Positions 8,590 through 17,040 of a stretch of 32,000 bases of DNA are shown here, piece after piece. Origin of the DNA: Wolbachia endosymbiont of Psylliodes chrysocephala (GTDB taxonomy: Bacteria; Pseudomonadota; Alphaproteobacteria; Rickettsiales; Anaplasmataceae); assembly GCF_918342435.1 (NCBI RefSeq), contig NZ_OU909470.1, forward strand, positions 1,106,680-1,138,679, in the 5' to 3' direction. Position numbers and translations under genes: made by a program. Below the pieces are notes generated by a model. That model saw only the letters and a program-made list of their open reading frames with translations. It did not search any database and was not told the DNA's origin. Numbering within the stretch: the first letter of the stretch is position 1; each line of letters starts with the position of its first letter.

Positions 8590-9381
8590 ATGCAGCAGCT
8601 AAATATTGTAGAAAAGCTGAGTTATGAAGAAATCTTTTCCAGAATGAAGGAAGAATTGGTCCGTAGAGATGAAACCTTTTCAGCATTAGTTGAAAGTGAT
8701 CCAGCGGTAAAGATTATGGAGGTAGCAGCATGGCGAGAACTTTTGCTTAGAGAAAGAATAAATGAAGCAATAAAAAGTAATTTACTTAAGTTTGCAATGG
8801 GAGAAGATCTTGATAATTTGGCTGAGTTTTATGGAGTAGAGAGGCAGAAAGAAGAAGAGGATGAACGATTTAGAAAAAGAATTAAAGCAAAGATAGTAGG
8901 CTCAAGCACGTGTGGGAGTAAGGAGTATTATAGGTATCATGCACTGTCAGCAGATAGTAGAGTAAAGGATGCGCTGGTTGAGTCAAAAGTGCCAGGAAGT
9001 GTAGAGATCTCAATTTTATCCACGGAGTTATCCACAGCGTCAGAAGAACTACTTGAAATTGTAAAAAAGCAGGTTACTAGAGATGATGTAAGGGTTCTAA
9101 CAGATACAGTAACAGTAATTGGTTGCAATATTACGGAAATAGATATCCACAGCAGAATGAGCATAAGTCCTTTAATATCAGAGGAAGAAATCAAGAAGCA
9201 GTTTATTAAGAAGTTTGAAGGAAGCAAAAGGTTGGGATGGAATGTTACAAGATCTTGGATAATAGCAAATCTATTTGTAGAGGGTGTAGAAAATGTAGAA
9301 TTAATCGAGCCAAAAGAGGATGTTGTAGTACTGGGGAATGAGTGTGCAGTGCTTGGCTACGTCAAGTTAGATAGGATTTAA
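8590..9381 (+). CDS. Baseplate assembly protein J (P2 gpJ-like)
   Basis: 263 aa directly after W. YEEIFSRMKEELVRRDETFSALVESDPAVKIMEVAAWRELLLRERINEA is a typical gpJ N-terminus. Confidence 0.8.
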   Translation: MQQLNIVEKLSYEEIFSRMKEELVRRDETFSALVESDPAVKIMEVAAWRELLLRERINEAIKSNLLKFAMGEDLDNLAEFYGVERQKEEEDERFRKRIKAKIVGSSTCGSKEYYRYHALSADSRVKDALVESKVPGSVEISILSTELSTASEELLEIVKKQVTRDDVRVLTDTVTVIGCNITEIDIHSRMSISPLISEEEIKKQFIKKFEGSKRLGWNVTRSWIIANLFVEGVENVELIEPKEDVVVLGNECAVLGYVKLDRI

Positions 9382-9620
9382 AACGTATTTTTTTGTTTTG
9401 TGGAATCGTACCAGTGAGGGGATTGCGTGCAATAAGTGGTTTAAGGTTTACTGGATAAAAATGACCAATGTTAGGGAGACGAAAGTATTGATTTTCTTCC
9501 AGAAGTTGTAACTTGTTTTTTAAAGTATGGATAATATGGTCAAATATTATGGGAAGTGTTTTCGATGTTAAGAACATCTTTATTTTTGATCAGTTCTGCA
9601 ATGATCTCTTGCTTACTCAT
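9362..9620 (-). pseudogene. HU/IHF-like DNA-binding protein gene, divergent and frameshifted
   Basis: The minus strand from ATG 9620 reads MSKQEIIAELIKNKDVLNIENTSHNI, then a stop. The adjacent frame continues FDHIIHTLKNKLQLLEENQYFRLPNIGHFYPVNLKPLIARNPLTGTIPQNKKIRFKS. Compare the HU/IHF pattern ..GFG.F.V..R.AR.GRNP.TG..I.I......F.. Confidence 0.45.
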
Positions 9621-9667
9621 AAGCTACCTAAATAAAGGAAATTAAAGCAACTTGAAAGAAAAGACAA

Positions 9668-10825
9668 ATGAAAAGTTTATTACCGCCAAACGCAACAAAA
9701 CAAGAAAAAGTTCTAGTAGAAGCAATCGACTACAAAGTTAATCCAAGTTGCATAAGAGGGTTTAAATTTAGATTAGAAGAAGAAACATTGCCGTGGTTGA
9801 TTGAGGAATATGAATTGGGGGAAATACTACGCTGGAAAAGAAGAGCCGTAGAAGAAGGAGTAAAATTTCAAAGACTACGTGGAACACCTGCATCACTAAA
9901 AATAGCACTAAAGTGGGCGAATATAGAAAATATTACAATTATCGAAGAACCACCAGGAAAACATTTTTTTGAATTGCAGATAGGGATAAAGGACGTTCCA
10001 AATGACTTCTTCGTAGATGCAGTAGTAGAATTGGCAAAACTATCACTACCAGCAAGATCACGGCTAATGAGAATTTTCAATGATCACTATAATATTAGCA
10101 GATTTATTTTAGATGAAAGTTTATTTGGAAGTTTGTTATCAGATTACTCAGGTAGAAAAATTAAAAAAGATGGACCAGTGTTGTCGTTTGGTAGAAAGAA
10201 CGCATTTGAGCTAAAAATCTTAAATCCAAGTTTTAAGTTTAGTACTTTTCGTGTTCATTATGAGCAAGCATTTAGTAATGATGTATATCGCTTAGATGTA
10301 GTAGTACTTGGGGAAACAGAGCCTCACACAAAGGATTACAAAAGCATCTATGAAAGAAGTCATCAGTGGTACAACTTACAAGTACTATATCCACTACCAC
10401 AGAGTTTATTACCAGAAATAAAGTTTGCGAAAGCGCAAGTTATATTATCGGATAGTTGGAATTTAGGAGAAATAAACGCATGTTTTCCGGTTAGTAGTAT
10501 AGAGGAAAGAGGAAACAAATTTGTATTGGGAAGCGATAAACTTTCAGGGCAATATTGGAATTTAAAACACAAGCCAATTGTAGAAAGATTCAGCATTATC
10601 CATGATTACAAAGTAGAAAATTACACCGATCAGAAGATCACAAGATATGGTTTAGCAGAACACAACGTTTACTATAAAAATGATTTAGATTCAGAGCAAA
10701 AAGACTCAATACACGAATTAGAAAATTACATTTTAGTATTTTACCCTGGAGTACTGAAGTGGCACGAACATCGACATTTGCACAGAAGTTGGAAAAATAG
10801 TCAAGTGATATCTCTAATAAGTTAA
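9668..10825 (+). CDS. Phage tail/baseplate protein I (P2 gpI-like N-terminus) with extended C-terminus
   Basis: MKSLLPPNATKQEKVLVEAIDYKVNP...LPWLIEEYELGEILRW...FQRLRGTPASLKIALKW matches the gpI N-terminal pattern (LLPPN.T..E.AL). Size is 385 aa. Confidence 0.8.
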   Translation: MKSLLPPNATKQEKVLVEAIDYKVNPSCIRGFKFRLEEETLPWLIEEYELGEILRWKRRAVEEGVKFQRLRGTPASLKIALKWANIENITIIEEPPGKHFFELQIGIKDVPNDFFVDAVVELAKLSLPARSRLMRIFNDHYNISRFILDESLFGSLLSDYSGRKIKKDGPVLSFGRKNAFELKILNPSFKFSTFRVHYEQAFSNDVYRLDVVVLGETEPHTKDYKSIYERSHQWYNLQVLYPLPQSLLPEIKFAKAQVILSDSWNLGEINACFPVSSIEERGNKFVLGSDKLSGQYWNLKHKPIVERFSIIHDYKVENYTDQKITRYGLAEHNVYYKNDLDSEQKDSIHELENYILVFYPGVLKWHEHRHLHRSWKNSQVISLIS

Positions 10826-11009
10826 GCACTTATATTTAGATCCTCATATATTATATTAATAACAGGTTAAAGTGTATGAAATAAAAAGAAAAAGACTTGC
10901 TTTCTCATGCTAAAAAGGACATAACTTAAATAGTAGCAAGTAAACAAAAGAAATTTACTTTGCACTAGAGAGAGCCAAATTAGGCTGATGTTTTTATAGT
11001 GGGGTAAGT

Positions 11010-11738
11010 ATGAAGTTTAGCAAAGAAAAGAGAGAATCTTTTAGTAAGTTTTTTAAAGAAGTATCAAGTAACGGATTTAAAGATATTAATAAAAGAAATG
11101 AAAAAGGAGAAACGATATTGCACCAAGCAGTAGAAATCTCCAATTACAAAACAGTGAGGTTATTAATAAAAAAAGGAGCAGAGGTTAATGCAAGAGATAA
11201 AAATGGTTATACACCTCTGCACTGTGCAGTATTCGCAAAAAGTTTAGAAAATGTAAAAGTACTGCTAAGGGAAGGAGCAGAAGTAAATGCCACTCAATAT
11301 GTCACTGGATGTACGCCACTGCACTCTACGTGTAAAATGGGAGGAGCAGGAGTTGAAATAATAAAAGAGCTAGTAAAGGCAGGGGCTGAAGTTAATCAAC
11401 TGAATAAGTACGGTTCAACACCAATGTATTACATCTGGGAAAGTGAAAAGTATTCTCTGTGTGATAGAGAAGAGAGTGAAAAGGCAAGTAAATTTTTGAG
11501 AGAAAAAGGAGGAATAACAAAAAGTAGAGAACTGACCTGCTATGGAATAGAGAGGCTAGTGGGAGAAATAGCAGACATGTTGAATGGGAGTTATTTACCA
11601 GAGTTAAAAATAATAGAGATAGAAGAAATAAGGAAGAGAGATAAATCACTAATAAAGGAGGAATGTCAAAATTTAGCAAGCAAGATAATGTGCCAAGTAA
11701 ACGAAATGATAGATGAAGGGGTTAGAAGGAAGGCTTAG
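11010..11738 (+). CDS. Ankyrin-repeat protein
   Basis: Contains GETILHQAVE...VRLLIKKGAEVNARDKNGYTPLHCAV...VKVLLREGAEVNA...GCTPLHSTC...IKELVKAGAEVNQLNKYGSTP, about 3-4 ANK repeats. Confidence 0.9.
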   Translation: MKFSKEKRESFSKFFKEVSSNGFKDINKRNEKGETILHQAVEISNYKTVRLLIKKGAEVNARDKNGYTPLHCAVFAKSLENVKVLLREGAEVNATQYVTGCTPLHSTCKMGGAGVEIIKELVKAGAEVNQLNKYGSTPMYYIWESEKYSLCDREESEKASKFLREKGGITKSRELTCYGIERLVGEIADMLNGSYLPELKIIEIEEIRKRDKSLIKEECQNLASKIMCQVNEMIDEGVRRKA

Positions 11739-11763
11739 GTTTAAAGAAAAGGTGAGGTAGATT

Positions 11764-12228
11764 ATGATAAAGCTTGGCAAAAAAGAGGAGTCACTATTAG
11801 AGAACTCATTTAAAAATATTTATGAAAGAGACGAAAAAGGAAGAACAGCTCTACATTATGCAGTAGAGGCAAAAACAGTGAGGTTATTAGTTGAAAAAGG
11901 AGTGAATGTGAATGCAGCAGATGTAGGAGGATATACAGCACTGCACCTAGCGGTAACGGAGAAACGTCTAGAAATCGTGAGAGAATTGATAAAATCAGGA
12001 GGGAATGTAAATGCTGAAGAGTATGGCAATAAATGCACTCCGCTGCACCTTGCATGTATGGTAGGTGAAAAAGAAATAGTGGAGGAGCTAGTAAAAGCAG
12101 GAGCAGAAATAGAGCAAGCAGATAAATTTGGAATGACAGCAATAGATTATGCAAAAAATAGCAAAGAGATAACCAAGATATTGAAGAAAGAAACAGACAG
12201 AATTGAAAAGTTATTTATGAGAGGCTAA
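11764..12228 (+). CDS. Ankyrin-repeat protein (paralogue of 11010-11738)
   Basis: Contains GRTALHYAVEAKTVRLLVEKGVNVNAADVGGYTALHLAV...VRELIKSGGNVNAEEYGNKCTPLHLAC...VEELVKAGAEIEQADKFGMTAIDYA. It is collinear with the upstream ANK protein. Confidence 0.9.
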   Translation: MIKLGKKEESLLENSFKNIYERDEKGRTALHYAVEAKTVRLLVEKGVNVNAADVGGYTALHLAVTEKRLEIVRELIKSGGNVNAEEYGNKCTPLHLACMVGEKEIVEELVKAGAEIEQADKFGMTAIDYAKNSKEITKILKKETDRIEKLFMRG

Positions 12229-12232
12229 AGAT

Positions 12233-12664
12233 ATGGAGGAAGAAACAGAAAAGAAAGTAATGAATTTAGAGAAAAAAGCGTTAGTGGAGTTGAGGAGAAT
12301 GTGGAAGAAGGTATATGGAGAAGAAGCGCCTAGATACTCAAAGAAATACCTGATACCAAGATTAGCTTATAGAATGCAGGAAAAAGCGTACGGAGAAATA
12401 TCAAGAAAAGGGGCAAAAAGACTAGAGTATCTAGCAGATCGACTAGAGAAGGGAAAAAGAATAAGTAGTGATAAACTGCCAGTAGAGGGAACAGAGTTGA
12501 TATTAGAGAGAGGAGAAGAAGTCCACGTTGTAATGGTAACAAATACTGGTTTGATCTACCGAGAAGAGTTTTATACGTCATTATCAGCGGTAGCCGGGAA
12601 AATAATGGGAATGAGTTACAATGGGCCGCTCCTATTTGGTTTGCGTGATAAAAATGGAAGTTGA
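12233..12664 (+). CDS. DUF2924-like protein (recombinase-associated)
   Basis: 143 aa. LVELRRMWKKVYGEEAPRYSKKYLIPRLAYRMQEKAYGEISRKGAKRLEYLA is the pattern I associate with DUF2924 genes that precede large serine recombinases. It overlaps the recombinase start. Confidence 0.6.
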   Translation: MEEETEKKVMNLEKKALVELRRMWKKVYGEEAPRYSKKYLIPRLAYRMQEKAYGEISRKGAKRLEYLADRLEKGKRISSDKLPVEGTELILERGEEVHVVMVTNTGLIYREEFYTSLSAVAGKIMGMSYNGPLLFGLRDKNGS

Positions 12665-12666
12665 AA

Positions 12667-14172
12667 ATGCTAAAAGAAGTAAGATGTGCGATATATACGA
12701 GAAAATCAAATGAAGACGGGCTAGAACAAAAGTTTAACAGTCTTGATGCCCAGCGAGTAGCATGTGAAAAGTACATAAAGAGCAGAGAAGGCTGGGTAGC
12801 ATTGGCCAAAAGGTACGATGATGGAGGATATTCAGGAAAAAATTTAGAAAGACCAGCGATAAAGGAATTATTTGCAGATGTTAAAGGAGGAGAAGTAGAT
12901 TGTGTAGTAGTATATACATTAGACAGACTATCAAGGGAAACAAAAGACAGCATAGAAGTTACATCATTTTTTAGAAGGCATAGAGTAAATTTTGTAGCAG
13001 TAACACAGATATTTGACAATAATACGCCAATGGGGAAGTTTGTACAAACAGTGTTATCAGGAGCAGCACAATTAGAAAGAGAGATGATCGTAGAAAGGGT
13101 AAAAAATAAAATAGCAACATCAAAAGAGCAAGGGTTATGGATGGGTGGAACTGTGCCATTTGGGTATGATGTAAAAGATAAAGAATTAATAATAAATGAG
13201 AAAGAAGCAAAGACAGTGAAGCATATATTTGAAAGATATTTGGAGCTGAAGTCAATGGCAGAGTTGGCGAGAGAGTTGAACAGAGAAGGATATCGAACAA
13301 AATCAGATATTTTTAAAAAAGCAACAGTGAGAAGGATAGTAACAAACCCAATATATATGGGAAAGATAAGACATTATGAGAAAGAGTATGAGGGAAAGCA
13401 CGATGCGATAATAGAAAAAGAAAAATGGCAAAAAGCACAAGAATTGATAAAGAATCAACCATATCGAGGAGTAAAATATGAGGAAGCGCTGCTAAAGGGG
13501 ATGATAAGGTGCAGATGCTGCAAAGTAAACATGACGCTGACATACTCAAAAAAAGAAAATAAAAGGTATCGATATTATATATGCAATAACCATTTAAGAG
13601 GAAAAGGTTGCAAGTCGATGAACCGAACAGTAGTAGCGGGAGAAGTGGAAAAAGAAGTAATGAAGAGAGCTGAACGTCTATATGAAAATTTGGAAGAAAA
13701 AGCAGAAGAGTGGAAAAATTTAAGTTTTGGAAAACAGAAAGAAGTGGTGAAAAAATTAGTAAAGGGAGTAATGGTGAAAGAAGATGGAATAGAGGTAAGT
13801 TCAGAGGATAAGGTAGAATTTATACCAATGGGGTTAAAAAAGAAAGGAAACAAATGCACAGTAGTAGAGCCAGAAGGGAAAACAAATAATGCGCTACTGA
13901 AAGCAGTGGTAAGAGCTCATTTGTGGAAACGTCAGCTAGAGGAAGGAGAATATGCAAATATAAAAGAGCTGAGTAAGAAAATAAACATAGGTACAAGACG
14001 TATACAGCAAATTTTAAGGTTAAATTATCTAGCTCCGAAAATTAAAGAAGACATAGTAAATGGAAGACAACCGAGAAGTTTGAGATTAGCTGATTTAAGG
14101 GAAATACCAATGCTGTGGAGTAAGCAATTGGAAAAGTTTTATGGATTAACGTTTATAAAAGCAATAAAATGA
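12667..14172 (+). CDS. Large serine recombinase (phage integrase, resolvase/invertase N-terminal domain)
   Basis: VRCAIYTRKSNEDGLEQKFNSLDAQ...DDGGYSGKNLERPA...VVVYTLDRLSRE is the catalytic Ser domain. A recombinase domain and a Cys-rich zinc ribbon (CRCCKVNMT...YYICNNHLRGKGC) follow. The track ORF starts at TTG 12661; ATG 12667 is more likely. Confidence 0.9.
   Translation: MLKEVRCAIYTRKSNEDGLEQKFNSLDAQRVACEKYIKSREGWVALAKRYDDGGYSGKNLERPAIKELFADVKGGEVDCVVVYTLDRLSRETKDSIEVTSFFRRHRVNFVAVTQIFDNNTPMGKFVQTVLSGAAQLEREMIVERVKNKIATSKEQGLWMGGTVPFGYDVKDKELIINEKEAKTVKHIFERYLELKSMAELARELNREGYRTKSDIFKKATVRRIVTNPIYMGKIRHYEKEYEGKHDAIIEKEKWQKAQELIKNQPYRGVKYEEALLKGMIRCRCCKVNMTLTYSKKENKRYRYYICNNHLRGKGCKSMNRTVVAGEVEKEVMKRAERLYENLEEKAEEWKNLSFGKQKEVVKKLVKGVMVKEDGIEVSSEDKVEFIPMGLKKKGNKCTVVEPEGKTNNALLKAVVRAHLWKRQLEEGEYANIKELSKKINIGTRRIQQILRLNYLAPKIKEDIVNGRQPRSLRLADLREIPMLWSKQLEKFYGLTFIKAIK
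13788..14142 (+). repeat. Direct repeat copy A (3' end of the recombinase gene)
   Basis: About 355 bp, collinear with 15349-15702. For example, AAGAAAGGAAACAAATGCACAGTAGTAGAGCCAGAAGGGAAAACAAATAATGCGCTACTGAAAGCAGTGGT matches AAGAAAGGAAATAAATGCACAGTAATAGAACCAGAGGGGAAAACAAATAATGCGCTACTGAAAGCAGTGGT. Confidence 0.85.
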
Positions 14173-14370
14173 GAGCACTGAAAAAAGTATGGAGAGAAAA
14201 AACTTGATATCCATTTTCTGGTCTTTTAAGGCATGTTACAGAGGTGGTTGTAAAAAGATATATAAAAGGACATCTAAAGTAGAGAGTGCCATTTTCAACC
14301 CATCTCTGACAGTCGTTTTTTTCTTTAACATGCCCAAAATTTAAAAAAATAAGATTTAAATACAAAAAGG

Positions 14371-14399
14371 TTGAATATTTCTACAGAATGGTGTATAAT
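14371..14399 (+). promoter_or_regulatory. Sigma70-like promoter candidate for the Rpn-like gene
   Basis: TTGAAT (14371-14376), a 17-nt spacer, then TATAAT (14394-14399), 28 nt upstream of ATG 14427. AT-rich background lowers specificity. Confidence 0.4.
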
Positions 14400-14426
14400 T
14401 ATTAATGGTTTTGAAGTGAATTTCTT

Positions 14427-15281
14427 ATGGCTTTGTCAAAGTTTTTAGATCCAAAAAACAATTATGCCTTTGTGCGCATCTTTGGTACTGAGAAAAATAA
14501 AGATATTCTCATTCATTTTCTCAACGACGTTCTAAACCTCACTGGTGAAGCTAAAATAAAGAATGTGCAGTTTCTAAGTCCCATTCAAAACCCCGACATT
14601 GCCGCTAAAAAGGAGAGTATTGTCGATGTATTATGTAGAGATTCTGCGGGTGTTCAATTTATTTGCGAGATGCAGGTTGCGAGAACGACTGGCTTCGAGA
14701 AACGCGCACAATACTATGCTGCTGGAGCTTATTTTAGCCAAGCCGGCATAGGTGACAAATATCATGAACTTAAAGAAGTTATCTTCATTGCCATCACTGA
14801 TTTTGTTCTATTTCCTAATAAATCAGCCTACAAGTCCGATCATGTTACTCTTGATAAGATTACTCACGAACATGACCTGAAGGACTTTAGTTATACTTTT
14901 ATAGAACTACCGAAATTTCCAAAGACAAAAGAGGATCAATTAGAAAGTATAGTCGAAAAATGGATATTTTTCTTTAAGTATGCAAGTGAAACTAGTGAAA
15001 AGGATCTAAAGAAAATAGTAGGAAGTGACGAGATTATTGGCAGAGCTTATAATGAGTTGATAGAGTATAATTGGACTAAGGAAGAACGGACTATATATCA
15101 ACAAGCTAAGAAAAATGAGGATGATAATGTATCTTGCCTCAACCAGAAATTTAATGAAGGAAAAATTGAAGGAAAAATTGAAGTGGCAAAAAACTTACTT
15201 AAAGCTGGCGTATCTGTTAACCTAGTAGCTGAATCTACTGGTCTTCCTAAAGATGAAATTGAACAACTCAAGAAGAAATAG
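14427..15281 (+). CDS. Rpn-family recombination-promoting nuclease / PD-(D/E)XK putative transposase (YhgA-like)
   Basis: FLDPKNNYAFVRIFGTEKNKDILIHFLNDVL...ESIVDVLCRDSAGVQFICEMQVAR...KRAQYYAAGAYFSQ...EVIFIAITDF matches the PDDEXK_2/Rpn pattern, including the D...E.Q core. Confidence 0.8.
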   Translation: MALSKFLDPKNNYAFVRIFGTEKNKDILIHFLNDVLNLTGEAKIKNVQFLSPIQNPDIAAKKESIVDVLCRDSAGVQFICEMQVARTTGFEKRAQYYAAGAYFSQAGIGDKYHELKEVIFIAITDFVLFPNKSAYKSDHVTLDKITHEHDLKDFSYTFIELPKFPKTKEDQLESIVEKWIFFFKYASETSEKDLKKIVGSDEIIGRAYNELIEYNWTKEERTIYQQAKKNEDDNVSCLNQKFNEGKIEGKIEVAKNLLKAGVSVNLVAESTGLPKDEIEQLKKK

Positions 15282-15348
15282 TCTCATTGCCTAAATAAGT
15301 TTTAAACTGCCCATTTTTTTTGCTATTACTAGCGGTAAAAAGTTTATC

Positions 15349-15718
15349 TATAGAGGTACGTTCTGAATCAGAGGAGACATTTATAGCAATGAATTTAAAG
15401 AAGAAAGGAAATAAATGCACAGTAATAGAACCAGAGGGGAAAACAAATAATGCGCTACTGAAAGCAGTGGTGAGAGCCCATCTGTGGAAACGACAACTAG
15501 AAGAGGGAAAATATGGAAGTGTGAAGGAACTGAGTGCCAAAATTAATATAGGTACAAGACGAATACAACAAATTTTAAGATTGAATTATTTAGCACCAAA
15601 GATTAAGGAAGACATAATAAATGGTAGGCAGCCAAGAGGTTTGAAATTAGTTGATTTGAGAGAAATACCGATGCTGTGGAGTGAGCAGCTGGATAAGTTT
15701 TACAAATTGGTGCCTTAA
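15349..15718 (+). pseudogene. Remnant of a second serine recombinase gene (C-terminal ~115 codons only); direct repeat copy B
   Basis: MNLKKKGNKCTVIEPEGKTNNALLKAVVRAHLWKRQLEEGKYGSVKELSAKINIGTRRIQQILRLNYLAPKIKEDIINGRQPRGLKLVDLREIPMLWSEQLDKFY is about 85-90% identical to the C-terminus of the 12667-14172 product. No catalytic domain lies upstream of it. Confidence 0.85.
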
Positions 15719-15782
15719 TTAAGCAATTAATAAGTTATTAATGTAACTAATTTATAAAATTAAATATTGTAGAGAAAGAAAT

Positions 15783-16880
15783 ATGATGCCAAAGTTCAAA
15801 AAGACCGAGAACGAAAAAAATATAACCTATAAGCTGGCAGGTGATCAGGATAATTTTACCAATGAAGATAAAAAAAAGCTTTTCAAGCTATTAAAGAAGA
15901 TAGAAAACGGTGAAAATATTAGTAAAAAATTTAATAAATCTAATTACAACACACAGAAACTTCTTACAAAAAAAATAATTTACAAGAATGAGAAAAAGGA
16001 AGGGACTCTGACGCTACTGTGCCAATCTATGTTCTATAAAAATAATCAAGCTTTTGAGGAGCTTTTACAAGAAGCAATAAATCAAGGAGTCCTACAGGAC
16101 GTTCTTAGTGGGGAATTGACCCAAAAATTGCCAAATGGTCTAACAATAACTTACACGACACTGGTATCCTGCATATTAGACGAAAATAGTAAAGCTATTA
16201 GAACAGTTCTAGAAGCTTCTAAAAAGAATGGTATTTTAGAAGAAATTCTCAACCAGAAAGTGAAAGTAGAGAAAGCAAAAAACCAAGAAATAAGATATAC
16301 ACTACTTGACTATGCTAATAAACACAATTACAAAGAAAGTGCAAAGATCCTCAAGGAATTTGAAGAAATTCTAAATATAGAAGTTAAAAATGATATGCCT
16401 ATAAGTGATAATGCTGAGAATGTATCAATTAGATGTGAAGATGTCAATAAAGACTATGAAATACATGGATCTAGGATTGTAAGCAGTGAAGAAGCTCGAA
16501 ATATTTTAATAGAAAGTGAAAATCCTAAACTCGTATGTGAAAGCAACAAAGAAGCTAAGAACTCTTTAGATGAGCAAGGGCTAAACGCTTCTGACAGCCC
16601 ATCTTCCGCTGAACCATGTTTTAATGCTACAGACAAAAAAAAGACAAAACCATTAACGCAACAAAGGCAAGCAATTCTAGCTAGTGTTATTGGTGCAGTG
16701 GTATTGGCAAGTTGTGTTGCATTGTATATCATGGAAATGCCTGTAGTAGCAGCAGTTATGGGAATAGTTGGACTAGCTTGTATAGGTTTTGCGTTGTATA
16801 GTGCTCTAAATCCCAACACGAAACTCGAAAAAGTAGAAAGTGTGGAGCAGCCTGTTCATCCTTCTTTGAAGACAACGTAA
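15783..16880 (+). CDS. Hypothetical membrane-anchored protein (K/N-rich soluble region, C-terminal TM pair)
   Basis: 365 aa. The C-terminal hydrophobic stretch AILASVIGAVVLASCVALYIMEMPVVAAVMGIVGLACIGFALYSAL suggests two TM helices. The middle region shows a weak helical-repeat (degenerate ANK-like) periodicity. Confidence 0.6.
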   Translation: MMPKFKKTENEKNITYKLAGDQDNFTNEDKKKLFKLLKKIENGENISKKFNKSNYNTQKLLTKKIIYKNEKKEGTLTLLCQSMFYKNNQAFEELLQEAINQGVLQDVLSGELTQKLPNGLTITYTTLVSCILDENSKAIRTVLEASKKNGILEEILNQKVKVEKAKNQEIRYTLLDYANKHNYKESAKILKEFEEILNIEVKNDMPISDNAENVSIRCEDVNKDYEIHGSRIVSSEEARNILIESENPKLVCESNKEAKNSLDEQGLNASDSPSSAEPCFNATDKKKTKPLTQQRQAILASVIGAVVLASCVALYIMEMPVVAAVMGIVGLACIGFALYSALNPNTKLEKVESVEQPVHPSLKTT

Positions 16881-17040
16881 AACGCTATGCCCAAAAAAGA
16901 CTATAAGAGTCAAGAAAGTAAAATAATTTTTTGGTAAAAATGCTTATATTCTTCCTCCCATTAAGCATTACTGGCAAAAACTGGCCCAGCAAGAAAATTT
17001 GCAGCTCTCGTCCTGCAATCTGTATATCTCTCACAATAAT

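Noticed and set aside
12330-13019. 229-aa minus-strand ORF overlapping the DUF2924-like and recombinase genes
   Set aside because: It is antisense to two strongly supported genes. The translation is low-complexity (L/S/F-rich), typical of the reverse frame of purine-rich coding sequence, and carries no recognisable motif.
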